A DNA stretch of 64,000 nt from Laetmonice hystrix (Eukaryota): contig OZ249436.1 in NCBI GenBank assembly GCA_965235115.1, positions 31,312,001-31,376,000 of the forward strand, written 5' to 3'. The stretch's first letter is position 1; each line of letters starts with the position of its first letter. A program made the position numbers and the translations under genes. Positions 41,031 to 54,875 of the stretch are shown here, in pieces. A model generated the notes under the pieces. It was not told the origin of the DNA. It searched no databases and saw nothing but the letters and a program-made list of their open reading frames with translations.

Positions 41031-41397
41031 ATTAGATTTTTAATAGATGTCTAGTCTGAAGCTACCCGGAGTTTTGGCTAAAAGTGCCGCTTGGAACTGA
41101 TTATCTGCGGTACAAATGAGGGATGAGGTCAGGGCAAACACATATTACCAAGTGGTAGTAATTTCCACTAATGGTTGTACAGTGATCTTCTAGTCTATAC
41201 CACATTATACGATCGATAGTACAGGGACAGATAGTGACTACGGTGTGATAAGCTAGATAGACCTGCCAGGCATAACAGATGCAGCTCCTCGTTCAGTCAT
41301 TTCCAAGAGATTTTAAACTGTTGCCCTCCTTATCAAAGGATATAGATTCATCACGAACGTTTGTGTCTCACTATCAACATATGCCAGGACTGTGCTT

Positions 41398-41534
41398 AAA
41401 GGCCCATAATTATACACAGACCGATTTACGTCCGACTTTTAGATACGGCCGATTTTTCTCCATAGTGTTTCTATGGAGAAAAATCGGCCGTATCTAAAAA
41501 TCGGCCGTAAATCGGTCTGTGTATATGGGCCTTT
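41398..41534. mobile_element. Near-perfect hairpin MITE
   Basis: AAAGGCCCATA..ACACAGACCGATTTACG..AGATACGGCCGATTTTTCTCCATAG, a short loop, then its reverse complement ending TATGGGCCTTT. Confidence 0.85.
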
Positions 41535-41592
41535 AGGCCGGTTTTCCGGCCTATAACATCCTAATTTCAGATGTGGTTATCCTATAAGCCTA

Positions 41593-41806
41593 AGGGCCTG
41601 GGCACACTAAGCCGATTTACATCCGATCGGCCATCCGATTTTCTTAACTTCTGAAATTATTGGTAATTTGTGTCATCAAATCATTAAAGGACATTTAATT
41701 TGTAAAGATTAGATATATATTTTTCGTCGGACGCAAATATCAGATACATTTTATCATCAATCGGATGGCCGATCGGATGTAAATCGGCTTAGTGTGCGAG
41801 GGTCTA
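41593..41806. mobile_element. MITE with roughly 45-bp TIRs
   Basis: GCACACTAAGCCGATTTACATCCGATCGGCCATCCGATT and its exact reverse complement at about 41759-41797. Confidence 0.85.
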
Positions 41807-42389
41807 AGGCGGTTAAATAGGGATTTATCTGCTTGTGGAAAAACAGTTGACCTCTAGAATATTTTGGATAAAAAGATTCTAACGTCTTGTATTTTAACCG
41901 TTGGCGAAGCATGCATGCTATAGGCTTACGGTACACCAAAAGATGGCCTTCAATAACTTCACAAGATTGATGACGACGCACTGTGAGTATGATGACGCAA
42001 TCGAAACCAGACTTGAATTGAGTTGCCTGATGAGTGTGCGGGCCAAATTATCTGCCGCATTATCTCTGAATGACGTACACCCCTATTTCATCATTTAGCA
42101 AATGTAGGTCTCCTATAATTTTGCTCGCGCTTCCAAATGTATTTCACTTCCAATCTACGAGAGATCAGACCTGTGCTTAGTCAACCTGCCAGTGCTCGCA
42201 TTTATCTAAATGCATGTTTTTAAATTAGCTGGCAAAAATTCGCTTTTGGTATTACGTCCACTTGCCGCTGCTGTGTTTAGACACGTTGAAATCATTTACC
42301 ATCAAAGATCACGATGTTGAAAGCTTTTCAAGCTCTCGAGAGAATATGCCTACGCTCGGTGCGTTCTATGGCCATTGCCCACTAAACTA

Positions 42390-43632
42390 CGGTGGCTCAG
42401 AAGGTCAAACTTCCGAACATCTCGTAAGGCTCTAATGGGATGCCAACCACAGGTATGAAACGCAATCCGATCACAATAAATCCCGTTGATGCAGCAATCA
42501 ACAAAAGGCTTTATTCAGAAAGATTTGTTTGCATATTGAAGGTGGCATCTTAGTAAATAAACTAAAACTACCAGGCTATGAATGATGCGACACATATGGA
42601 CCATGTCGCATTATATGGGCCTAAATGATAGTTTTCTCTAGGAACACATTCCTTTCTGCCATAGGCATAGCCTTTTGTGGTCGGAATATTTCAAAAGAAA
42701 TTATATGCCAAATTACTTCTACCATAGTGTCTGTGGTGCACGCGGCATTTGGATTTAGCCATGTTCTGTTGAAGTGTTGAAGAGTTAAATTCAAATTCAA
42801 TGTGCAATGAAGAGTTGTATACTATATAGAATCGAATAAAATTAAGTATAGAATTATTCACCTTTTTTAGCCTATAACGAATGGCTTTACATAATCCGAA
42901 AGAAAGACTCTCCAGTTTTCAATTACTGTAAAGGAATATACAAGTCAGCATTTTTTTTTATTAAACTCTTTTGGAATAACGTATGAGTCTGGTTTCATTA
43001 ATCTCAATGAAGAAGAACCGTTATTTGGTATAGGCCTACTAAAGAAGAAGATGATTCAGATAATGCGCCAATATTCAAGGTATTAAATTATGTTATTCTA
43101 AACGCTAATTTTTTTATCTATGGAATGAAACTGAATTGCAGTGTAAGGTGTTTTTAGATATGTAGTTTCTTACTTCATTAAAGAATAAACTTACAATTGA
43201 AAATGTTATTCTACAAAAGAACGGTAATCACATCTTTTCTATAAATTTGAGTTATAATTATGTTAAGCTTTGAACTGTGATGTATTACTGGGCACTGGGG
43301 GCGTACACTGATATTAGATGTATTTGGCTGCAGTCCTGATCTGCTATCTCTTTTGTTGAAAATAAACGTGATTTTAAAAAAAAGTTGTAGATATGATTTC
43401 AATTCCTTGGTGACTGGACAATTAAAAAACGCTTGTGGGAGAAACACATTGAAATATGCATCCTGCAATATGTGTAACCTAGAAGATAAACATCCTGAGA
43501 ATACAATACTATTATTATCAGAAAAACGTCCATTTACATAGTTCAAAGTAGCATTATTCTAGTAGGCCTACATTTTTACAGAGCTTGGAACAGGTGTTTT
43601 CTCCAACCCGTAATTGTACTTTTGAGCCACCG
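42390..43632. mobile_element. 1.24 kb non-autonomous TIR element flanked by TA
   Basis: TA|CGGTGGCTCAGAAG ... CTTTTGAGCCACCG|TA with an AT-rich interior. Confidence 0.65.
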
Positions 43633-43703
43633 TATGTTTTGCCACCCACGCATGTAGACGTAGTCACCTCCGACGGCGGTCGCTCAATACACTACTGTCT
43701 CTC

Positions 43704-43778
<75 letters not shown>

Positions 43779-44144
43779 GACGATTCAATGCTGGCCACTT
43801 TCTCAAATGCGCAGATGATAAGACCGCGTTTGTGATATATGCCGCCATTTACACTTGTACGATACTGTATGCCTATTATGCATGCATGCACTGGAACTAC
43901 GTTTATGTTGATGCATTGCATTATGTATGTGCTTAGCACAATGCAGTGGCGAGAGAAATTATAAAGGGGGTGAGGCGGTTACTGGCCGGTCTAGGCTATA
44001 CAGTAACGAACTAGCGTGCGACTAAAATCCAGTCTAGTGACGGTTTTCTTGATCTCTGAAATGCCACACCTTGTCGAACGCTGCAAAAGGCTGGAGCGTT
44101 TATCAGTGATATCACATCTTCGTACATGTATACGGCTTCGTATA

Positions 44145-44512
44145 CGGTTCCTGACACAGCTGATGCGTGCCCCCCCTAACCAACATCAACATAGGCTGCT
44201 GTTCCCTCACACGGCTCATGCGTGCCCCCCCTAACCAACATCAAAATAGGCTGCTGTTCCCTCACACGGCTCATGCGTGCCCCCCCTAACCAACATCAAA
44301 ATAGGCTGCTGTTCCCTCACACGGCTCATGCGTGCCCCCCCTAACCAACATCAAAATAGGCTGCTGTTCCCTCACACGGCTCATGCGTGTCACCCCAACC
44401 AACATCAAAATAGGCTGCTGTTTCCTCACACGGCTCATGCGTGCCCCCCCCCCCCCAACCAACCAACCAACCAACATCAAAATAGGCTGCTGTTTCCTCA
44501 CACGGCTCATGC
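44145..44512. repeat. Minisatellite, about 55 bp, 6 copies; a partial copy lies at 45169-45202
   Basis: CCCCCCTAACCAACATCAAAATAGGCTGCTGTTCCCTCACACGGCTCATGCGTG. Confidence 0.95.
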
Positions 44513-45333
44513 CATTCGGCCCACCTCGGGACTGTCCGGGCCAGATCCTCTCGGCCCTCGCACAGTCGTCACCATGTTGGATCACGTGACACAACGTGGT
44601 CAAAACGGCGACGGCCGACACACCGACAAAGACACCGAGGTGAAAGACAAGCAGTGTATGGCTTGTTTAAAAACAGATCTCCGCTTGATACCTTTGACAA
44701 GTGGATTAGACGTCAGAGAAAATCTATTTAGGTCTCTATAGATACTTTTTTTAGATGTTGACATTACTATTGGCATTGTTTATCGTCAGACGGAGGTCAA
44801 CGTTTGTCCCACGGACGAGCTGTCTCACTTGGGATTCCCTCGGGATTCCCTTGGGCGTATGACGTCATTTCTTATGTTGATACAAGCTAGTAAAGTCGTA
44901 TGATTTCATAAATACTGCAAAACTGAATGTGTCGCGGCTGTTAAGAACGATCGAGACTGCAAATCTTCGGAAATTATCCATCTTTGCTGATGAACAATCC
45001 CGCGTTAGGCCGAACACCGACATTCTATGAACTACTTTGCGCCGTTCCGCACTACGCGAGTTGTGATGTACCCAAACCCGTGGAATTACTGTCATATCTC
45101 TACGGCTTGCGACGTCCGAGTCCACAACTAGCGAAGCGACCGGAAGTTGGGCCGAGGTTTTCCGAATGGGCTCATGCGTGCCCCCCCGACCAACATCAAA
45201 ACACGATGGGTGAAAGACGCAAGCGACAAGAAAAAGTCACGGACGCTCCCTTATAACTTTTTTCTTTTCCCTTTTTTTCCCATCGGGCTGCCATTGTCGA
45301 ATCGTTGGTTTCTATACGCTGTGTCACCCCTTC

Positions 45334-45376
45334 GAAAGAAAGAAAGAAAGAAAAAAAGAAAGAAAAAAAGAAAAAG

Positions 45377-45445
<69 letters not shown>
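45334..45445. repeat. (GAAA)n microsatellite
   Basis: Directly visible run. Confidence 0.97.
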
Positions 45446-45446
<1 letters not shown>

Positions 45447-45832
45447 CGGTGTTTCCATTAACGCGGCTGCGGTCCAGGCACGGGTATACTGCTGATATGG
45501 CATGTCGTTGTTTTTAGAGGTGCGGCCCGGATGCGTCTCAATGTTGTTGGTATAGAGTCATAGGACAGACACCTGCCGAATCGATAAGTTTTTCGTTAAG
45601 TTTTTCGACATCTTGCTTGCTGACCACGTGAGGCATGGTGTCATCCATTTTTTGAGTGAAGAACATACACGTGACCACCTAGGATCAAGGGGATCCCTCA
45701 TGCGGCTCATCTGCAGCTGAGCTCGAATCGCTACATGATACGATCGGGAAGAGCCGCATGCGACGTCCGGACGGGCGCCGTACGGAGATCGCATTATTGG
45801 AAACCCTTACATTAAAAACAACCACGTCAGTG

Positions 45833-46510
45833 GGTTCCCACTGTACAATTTTTTCATAGTCGGCCGTATATTTGACTCGGCTGAATATTTTCGTACGATC
45901 TCGTCATATTCGGCCGATTACCGCTAATGAATTCTCACCCGATTGGGGCGCTCCCACTCTACGATTGGGGCAGAAATTCTGTTCATTATGATTAGATATG
46001 GCGGGGATCATGGAATGTGGACGGCAGGCTTTATACAGTGACAGAGATTTTAGGCATGTTCTCGAGGAGAGAAGAAGGAATAAGCGACTGGCCATTGTTG
46101 TTACAATGTTTGGGATTTTGATGATGAAGAAGACTTAATTAGCTATCTCGTTATTACGACTTAGAAGAAGAAGAAGAAGAAGAAGAAGAAGAAGAAGAAG
46201 AAGAAGACCATAATGAGGGATGATACACAAGAACAGAACGCGTCAGCTGTGATTGCGCCATCCCATGACAGGCCTGGTGACCTGACTTGTACTCGCTGTT
46301 TGACTGGTAAGCATATTGAATTTCATCGGCCGACTCATGAATCGGCCGAAAAAAGTTTGACATGTCAAGCTTTTCTGTTCGGCCGACTTTTCCCAGCAAT
46401 TGAGAAAAATCGGCCGACTGGTGTGCCCCCATTGTGGGAAATTCGGGAGTCTAGCAGTCGGCCGACTCAAATATTCGGCCGACTCTGAAATAATCGCACA
46501 GTGGGAGCGC
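45833..46510. mobile_element. MITE with TCGGCCGA-rich subterminal repeats; contains (AGA)n at 46162-46206
   Basis: CCCACTGTACAATTTTTTCATAGTCGGCCGTATATTTGA matches the reverse complement of TCAAATATTCGGCCGACTCTGAAATAATCGCACAGTGGG. Confidence 0.75.
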
Positions 46511-48886
46511 GGCTGTGGGTATATCGTGGGTAAGTTGGCCACTTCTCTTAAATGACTCAATTTATCATCTTATATCATGAATAGTTCTGGGGAGTGGGTG
46601 GGTGTCTGTATCAGACTGAAGTTCTACCATATTTCTGTTTCTTCTAGAATGCGTACCGGAGGACAGGACGTTTGGTGGTTAGGAAACTCACGTTTTTCTC
46701 TTCATATTTCCCGAGGTAGATAATTGTAGATCACGTTCGTGTTCATCATCAACGATCGGACATTTTCATCTCGAGCCTTGACGTCATCTGTGCCCTTCAC
46801 CACAAAGGCATCCTGCCGGCAATATCGACGTTGGTCTTCTTGTGTTTTACCGGGTAAACAGGCCGGGGTTGGCATAGGTTGAAACTCGACTTGCAGGGTC
46901 ATGCACTGCGTTAGGTGGTCTATGAATAGCCACAGCTTGGAGAATACAAATGTATACCATTCAGATATGTTATTTCCCATAGCGTCCTGCCGTTCCCAGC
47001 TGGACAAAAGATGTTGGATGTATGATGGGCGGCTATCGGCCGCCTGGGTTCACGGCATTGGATGGTCATGCAATTGGAGGTAACAGGTGCACCAAGAACG
47101 TGCGTGTGCGTCATCGTTAATCTCGCAGGATCTCGAAGGAACTCTCGGCTGAGCGAGAGTAACACGGGCAAGGGACCAAGGGTGGTGGGCAGCTTACGTA
47201 CTGTCCCGGGTCCATCCTCCCCCGCTTTCTTGGTACCTTTACGGTGAATTAACTTATCGCGACACCGGGCCCAATGATTGGACCCGATATGGTACCGCCA
47301 GTGCTTGCTTTAATGAAGTAGTCCTACCTTGGCGTCCGCGGGAGACCACGGCTCCCAAACGTGATCAGGCCAACACTAATGGGGCCCGCCATCTTCCAAG
47401 GCGCCAAGCACTGGCTCTGTAACACGTACGTATAGGAGCAAAAACTCGAGTGTAAAATAATAACCTTCCCAGAAACATGGCTGCTTTCCGAATATTGCGA
47501 CGAGTTCGTCCAGAAGAAGCTGTTTTCAAGACGGTAATCAGGCTCTGGTTGTTTTGAGACCGGCGACGGGTGCGCATGCATGGTGTATTCCACACACAGG
47601 CATACGGCCGATACCTTAGTATGAATCGGATGCTAAGTGTAGTTTCATGGCATACTGATGAAACCAATCACAGTGCCGGCCGAGTTGGCTAATTCTTCCC
47701 GCCTCTGATAGAAAAATTATGTTTACTTGCCTCCACACTCGCACCATCCTCACAACTTGGACTGTCGTCAGACCGACCCCCTATACCCCCCCTCCTATAA
47801 CTCCCCCTCCTACCCCCCTCCCAACCTTTACACCATTCCGACTCCATATCGATGTACATGTACATTCTCAGGTATCCTTACCTTTACAAGTCGTGGCATA
47901 GGCTCCAACCAAGTTAAAATCGACATACGTGTCTGCAAACTATCAGTAATGAAAATAAAATACCTCACAAAATACGTACATATTCTAAAAATAATGCTTT
48001 CAACGTACAGCGGTCTGATCAGTGGTCCTACATATTCTAGAACCGCTATCACAATCGTGAGTTTGCAGTCGGGAGGACGCGAGATTCGGGCATGACAGAC
48101 CAAGTATCCGAGCCCACACGTATTGAGTTACACTTCATACATTCTATTTTTTCCGCTCACAATGCCATCATCCGCCCCCACAAACAACCTCTGTCACGAT
48201 TTTAATCAGACTGACTGTACGTGCTCATACGTTCATACCAAATTAGTTGTGCTATATGCAAAACAAAGGTCGTTTAATGCGATTATGATAACGGCTCCGA
48301 TGCCAAGACAGAATTGACGGTGTTACAACATTCCGAGAAGAGGCGCCCTCTCTCGGGCATTTCTCTACACAACATTTCCTTGTGCTACATCTCGAAGAGC
48401 GATTTCGAAGCACTCATGCCTCAGCGAGTTGAACTAATAACGACACAACTCTGATGGAAATTTAAATAGGATGTTATGAATGTAAGACAAGCTAACTTCG
48501 ATGTAGGCATTTCACAGTGGCATAATGTTTGACGGTCGAGCTATCAGTTGCCGGTCAAAATACAAGGCTCACTCCGAATGAATTAATATATTACAGGAAA
48601 AACAGAGAGTGAATTCTTACTTTATAGTTCTAGGAGTTATCAACCATCTCTCCATTATCTCCTTGGCTTACTCGTGCAGAAAACAAAATTAATGCCTTCA
48701 GATGGGTATTAGAAGACGTGTTGATCTCTTTTCGTGTTTGTTACGTTGTTAATCATATTGATACTTTCTATAAATAGCCCGCCGTGTCGGGTTTTCCCTC
48801 CAAGTTACCGTTTAATACAAGATGAATCCATTGCCTTGTTGTTTACATGTGGGCATGCGCATTGAGAACGTTTAGTTTCATTCACG

Positions 48887-49071
48887 TCATTCGGCGTTTG
48901 GCGCCAATAGTGGAACGCTGTGACTGGCGGCAGCCTCGTCCTCGTCACCTGAGTCATACTTGTCGGCGGCCGCCATGTTGGTTGTGACGTCAGAAACATC
49001 TTCACGTGTCACTTCCGGGGTTTTGGCACTCGGTGGAGTGTGAAAGATCGTGATACTACAGCATCCAACTC
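48887..49071 (-). CDS. Kelch-like protein terminal exon (last beta strand and acidic tail)
   Basis: TTCTACAG acceptor in phase 1 gives GVGCCSITIFHTPP..DKYDSGDEDEAAAS..PNAE followed by TGA at 48889-48887. Confidence 0.8.
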
Positions 49072-49657
49072 CTGTAGAATAAAATCAATAAATACTAAAA
49101 TTATGTTGATCATTCCCTTTAATATAGGCCCTGGACATCATTCTTACAAGTATTAGGCCTACTGCACTGACTTTTCAAATGAGGTCTTTTGTGGGAAATA
49201 GTCTTTTGCCGTTTTTTAAAGCATAAATTTCCCTTTAATAAGTATATATGTAATAGAGGGTCCATGACCTCAGTTATTTCACTGGTGTTATAACACTTGA
49301 AAATGGACCAAAAAAAGTCGGGAAATATTCATAATAAAGACAAGATATTCATTTGAATGTTGCAGTGTGTTATTAGTGCTTAGTGTCTCGTCAACATTAT
49401 ATCGGCTATTCCAAAAACAAAAAGAGATATAAAAGTAGTGCAAGAGGTTTTATTAAACCAATTTGCTAATAACCACGCTAAAAATAGACACCTGCACGAT
49501 CTGTTTCCAATTAGGGCATCGTTCCGGTTATTGAGAAAAACACGCCGAGTGCTACTGATTTAGAATCGCTAATTAACTAGATCAGCTCGCCGAGTGCTAG
49601 CAGTGGTTTCCGGGGCCCATTTTGGTATACAGATTAGGCCCGCGGCTTGTGGCTTAC

Positions 49658-49871
49658 CCGTTAATGGAGTGCTGATTGGAATGCCTTCCTTCCATGTGTC
49701 TACGATCGGATCGTAGCATTCTGTTGAAGTAAGTCGTTTATTGGAGTCCCAGCTGTAGCCCCCCACCACGTGAATGGCGTTGTCAAGCACAGCGAATCCA
49801 GCCTCGGCCCGAGGGGTCCCGATACACTTGACGGCCACCCACGTGTCAGTGAGGGGCATGTAACACTCGAC
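49658..49871 (-). CDS. Kelch-like protein exon
   Basis: CGCAG acceptor; VECYMPLTDTW..PRAEAGFAVLDNAIHVVGGYSW..TECYDPIVDTW; donor G|GTAAG; phase 0/1. Confidence 0.93.
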
Positions 49872-50338
49872 CTGCGTTTGGTGACCGAGGAGAAAGATGA
49901 GCTCTCTATTACTGAAGTTTGACAGAGGCTGTCAGCGGCACGCCTTTAGTCAACCTGCGTGCAGCTCCACCATCATTATCACAAGCGTCATTCGACTGCA
50001 GTCAATAATTGGTTGGAACACTTTTTTTGGTGATGCCCTCTACCCCTTCCATCCCCTCCCCTCCCCTCCCCTCCCCCATTGTATAGGAATACCGTGCATG
50101 AAGAATGTGCAGCAGACAACTGCATTGTCCTGACCTCTACACGCAGGGTATTATAACTTTATGACATCGTGCAAACACAGACAATTTACAGAAGAACGTA
50201 GAAATCACATTATATCGCGCATAATTCTGAATTACAAAAAGGACTTTAAACGGATTATAGGTGAATAATTAAATCTAAACAGCATGTTACTGTACTAATG
50301 TATCCGACTCGGACTCCCTCTTTCGAGACTGGGATATG

Positions 50339-50635
50339 TACTGGAGTTTAGGCTTATATCACTTACTGGAGTTTAGGTTTACATCACTTACTGTAGTTTA
50401 GGCTTACATCACTTACTGGAGTTTAGGCTTACATCCCTTACTGGAGTTTAGGATTACATCACTTACTGGAGTTTAGGCTTACATCACTTACTGGAGTTCA
50501 GGCTGACATCACTTACTGGAGTTTTGGCTTACATCACTTACTGGAGTTTAGGCTTACATCACTTACTGGAGTCTAGGCTTACATCACTTACTGGAGTTTA
50601 GGCTTACATCACTTACTGGAGTTTAGGCTTACATC
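50339..50635. repeat. Intronic minisatellite, 25 bp, about 12 copies
   Basis: TACTGGAGTTTAGGCTTACATCACT. Confidence 0.97.
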
Positions 50636-50648
50636 AATAACCCCTCAC

Positions 50649-50827
50649 CTTTCTCACGCAGACAACATTGCCGTTTTTGTCGACGGTGGCGCCCCCAAAC
50701 AGGATCAGTTTATTGCTGACTGACGCCAACATGGCAAAGAAACGCGGAGAAGTCAATGCCCTTCTAGTTTCCCATTGGTCCACCAGAGGGTTGTATCGCT
50801 CCACACGACTCGATATCCGTTTGTGAC
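50649..50827 (-). CDS. Kelch-like protein exon
   Basis: CATTCAG acceptor; GHKRISSRVERYNPLVDQWE..PRFFAMLASVSNKLILFGG..VRK; donor AAG|GTGAG; phase 1/0. Confidence 0.93.
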
Positions 50828-50986
50828 CTGAATGGGGTGATATAGAACATAATGAGGGGTACTTTTGTATCCAGTATACAGGTTGGTGGGCACCTATATA
50901 TAGGCCTAAAGTCCTACTGAAAATCCAGTGGGCCACCGTCGACTGGCCGATTGATATATGAATCAACGTTGGTGACTGGTGTATGA

Positions 50987-51240
50987 TGCCCCATTCACAC
51001 AGCGACCGATACCGACACTTTTCCTGCCAGATATCGGCCGCCGACGTTTTTGAAGACCGGGTCGTTTCCGTGGACCTTGACGTAACAGGTCCAGCCGACG
51101 CCGAGCACGGTTCTCGGTCTCAGCGACGAGCGCTTTGCATCGGTTTGCCGTTTAGCGTCGGTGTCGGCATCGTTTCTGCATTCCCACGTCGGCATCGGCA
51201 TTGGTATCTGTGCCGGTATCGGCCACGGTTGAATGAGGTT
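50987..51240. mobile_element. Degenerate MITE
   Basis: CCCATTCACACAGCGACCGATACCG is inverted relative to CGGTATCGGCCACGGTTGAATGAGG; internal CCGAC/GTCGG motifs. Confidence 0.55.
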
Positions 51241-51634
51241 TCTCTGTCTGAAAACGTGCTATATATAGGACACACATTTTCTACTACTATGGGTCAGAAA
51301 CGACATGAGCGAGGAAACTTTCCTACACTGTATACCATTCTCGGGTCGTCACTACTGTTTGGTATGGTCTAACATATGTGCTAGAACGATTTATTCACTC
51401 GGCACCTCCAGACTGGAATTAATAGCACCACTCAGGAACTACGCAAGATATTTGCTGGCATTCGATTTCGGTAGAGAAATATTTCAAATACTACCATGGG
51501 CAGACCTGGCGGATTATCCGATGCAAGGCATAATTGTTCAAAAGATAATCACGAAAATAGACTTTTAGAAAATATGTGGCACTGGACTAAGATTATTGTT
51601 TCATTGCGTCGAAAACACTGATTTGAGAATAATA

Positions 51635-51873
51635 CATAAGGCACTGATATCAAGGCGTATAGGTCTGTAGCTCTCATGCACATAAGGCCCTGATATCAAG
51701 GCGTATAGGTCTGCAGCTCTCTCAGTGCACATAAGGCCCTGAGATAAGGCGTATCTAATCTGTAGCTCTCTCAGTGCACATAAGGCACTGATATCAAGGC
51801 GTATAGGTCTGTAGCTCTCATGCACATAAGGCACTGATATCAAGGCGTATAGGTCTGCAGCTCTCTCAGTGCT
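51635..51873. repeat. Intronic minisatellite, 46-49 bp, 5 copies
   Basis: CATAAGGCACTGATATCAAGGCGTATAGGTCTGTAGCTCTCATGCA. Confidence 0.95.
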
Positions 51874-52701
51874 ATATTATATAGACGATCTGGAGAGCCG
51901 CCGATAAGCTATTACGACAGAGTACAACGTGTAGAAAGTCTGAATATTAGTTTACCCACGAGAATAATACTACCCCGTGTTCAGGCGCGAATGTACATCT
52001 GACTCTAAGTCAGTCCGGGAGGAGTTGAGATCTTAAAGATATCCGGCAAGTAACATCCAAACATCTTCCCAGTATAGATCCGTCATTTTGTCATTCCGAC
52101 TGGGTATAGGAGACCTTATCTATTGATCCATGTATTCTTTACACATCTGAAAATCGTGCCGACTGACTCGCCTTGTGACTTGGTTCCCCAAGGGTTTCTT
52201 GCTTTCACTGCTGGAACACTAAGTCTTGTGGTATAGAGACACCAGGCGAATCAGTTTCGCTTTGTATAGGTGGAGGCAGGCGTAACATACAAAAAGATTG
52301 GCTCGAAAGCTAAGAAATAAACGGTGTCGTGGGAGTGTTATGTGATGTCAATAGTGAGATCGTCTTCCCATTTAACATGTCCTCCTCAGATGATGTCTAA
52401 TGGTATAAATATTAAACTAAGGGGACGTGCATATTAAAGTTTCATTACTGGGTATATTTGAAAGGTTTCATCAGATGAATGTAGCCTATCCATAATTCAT
52501 CCATGAATAGGCATGTATGCGTACATGACATACCCATGTACGCATACATGCGTCTTCTTACATATAGACAGATTGAGTTTGATATAATTTGAAATGCCCA
52601 TTTGATTTGAAAAACCGAGATTAACACAAATTATTACATCAGGGGTTGAATAGTGAAACCCACATATTACATGGAGACGTTTTGTTTCTGTTTGAGCCTA
52701 C

Positions 52702-52854
52702 CCGATCCACCCATTGCGTACAGACGACCGTTATGGGCGGCGACAGCTACACTTCTCCTGGCTGACGTTAGGGGCGCCACCAGCTCCCATTCGTCCACGG
52801 CTGCGTTGTAGCGTTCCACTTCAGCCAATGATATGTCCTGATCCACACGCCCAC
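52702..52854 (-). CDS. Kelch-like protein exon (not in the ORF track)
   Basis: TCACAG acceptor; GGRVDQDISLAEVERYNAAVDEWELVAPLTSARRSVAVAAHNGRLYAMGGS; donor G|GTAGG; 153 nt, phase 1/1. Confidence 0.93.
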
Positions 52855-54294
52855 CTGTGAAAATGGTGGACGCTCAAGATTGACTGACTTTACCATGAAT
52901 TATAGTGATGTTAAGATTGGAGGAAATATATATACTTATTTTAATTTTATGTTCAAATAATATCACGATATATTATCGATTAAAGACAGTACAATAAGAG
53001 CTCCAGATATATACATAGCTAATAATTCAGCTAGAGATAAATTAATAATCAGATATAAAGGGGTGTATTTATGTCAGAAGAACACCCCCCCCCCCCCCCA
53101 ATGCAAGATAATAATACTGACGTCTTTTCATAAAAGCGAAGGATTTAAAGGGAAACAGTCTATGTCCGGTTCATCGTTAATATAACATAAGAGGACGAGA
53201 TGCGGCATTTTATCCACACCCCTACCCTCCACACCCACACCCCCGTACCCCCTCCCCCACACCACACCCCACCCCCACCCCCGTGTAGGCGTTAATTGTC
53301 TGTGTTAATTCGCCTCAACCCATGCCGCCTCTCCACACAATAGTATTATACTCCGACTGGATTATCAATGGCTGCGGGGTGTGAAACAAGTAATAAGTAC
53401 GGCTTCGTCCCGATGTACGGGTTTCTTTCTGCAATATCTCATCATCCACCTGGACTATAAATAAATGAAAAGTCTCATTCTCACCTATAAAGATGGCCAA
53501 GAGACATGCAGGGCGTACAAAGCAACCCGCCCACTACCACCAACATCAAAGCTGGGAGAACTTCAAAGCCTCCGATGTGCGAGTAGACCTATTTCATACA
53601 CTAGTATATACCAAGAACGTCAGCAAGGTGGTTTATCATGTAGATTATGTTAACCCAATTCCCAACACGACGTCACAGGAACCCGTAAATTGTTGCATTA
53701 CAAAAGAATGAATGCGATATCAGCAATGCGGCGATCGATGATTGGGCCCAGTTCCAAGTGTACTGATTGTGTCAGTTCTAAACATAGCGTGAACTTCCCT
53801 CCCTCCAGTCACAGTGTACGCATGTTCACATTTGACCTCTGTGACAACTCCATGAACAGATGCAACATCATATCTTATTCATCAGAGCGTACCACTAATA
53901 GAACCCATACCATAACAGACTCTTTGCTGTAATGAACTCTGAAAATACCCTCTATCCTCATCGTGTCGCTGCTATATGCTTTTGAGTGTCTTCATATGCT
54001 GCTGCATAGAACTGGGATCTGAAATCAGTAAATACCGGAGGCAATGCATGGACACAGTATGGTTCTGGTTGCCATGAGTGTTAGTACACATTAAAATGGA
54101 AACGCACCCTCTTCCATTGATCGCCTCTTTAACCAACTCAATGCCTCTACCATTTTCATCATGTCATCATGATGAAAACAAATCCTTACTTGAGGACGTA
54201 AAAAGTATATGTTTGTTGACTGTAAGGTTTTTGATTTATGATTAGTTGGAGAGGGCCAAGTTTGAAGCCAATCTGAAGCCATCTCAAGGGGCAG

Positions 54295-54875
54295 AAATCT
54301 TGGAGCAAACTGCAGGGTATAATGTTTTCTTCAACCACTGAATACATACGTGAATCTTAGAGCAAACTCCAGGGTATAATGTTTTCTTCAACCACTGAAT
54401 GCATACGTGGAAGCTTGGAGCAAACTTCACCGACACCCTGTAGCATGTACTTCACACTACAAGATATCAAGGACTCATTCTATTGCCACTTACAGGGTAT
54501 AATGTTTTCTTCAACCACTGAATTCATACGTGCAATCTTGGAGCAAACTCCAGGGTATAATGTTTTCTTCAACCACTGAATGCATACGTGCAATCTTGGA
54601 GCAAACTCCAGGGTATAATGTTTTCTTCAACCACTGAATGCATACGTGCAATCTTGGAGCAAACTCCAGGGTATAATGTTTTCTTCAACCACTGAATTCA
54701 TACGTGCAATCTTAGGGCAAACTCAAGGGTATAATGTTTTCTTCAAACATTGAATGCATACGTGCAATCTTGGAGCAAACTGCAGGGTATAATGTTTTCT
54801 ACAACCATGCAATGAATGCATACGTGCAATCTTGGAACAAAGTTCACCGGCACCCTGTAGCATGTACTTCACACA
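54295..54875. repeat. Intronic minisatellite, 58 bp, about 8 copies with a duplicated flank
   Basis: CAGGGTATAATGTTTTCTTCAACCACTGAATGCATACGTGCAATCTTGGAGCAAACTC. Confidence 0.95.

Noticed and set aside
51950..52290. LINE reverse-transcriptase relic (DLESDVHSRLN on the minus strand)
   Set aside because: A single short resemblance among several stops; not enough to support a call.
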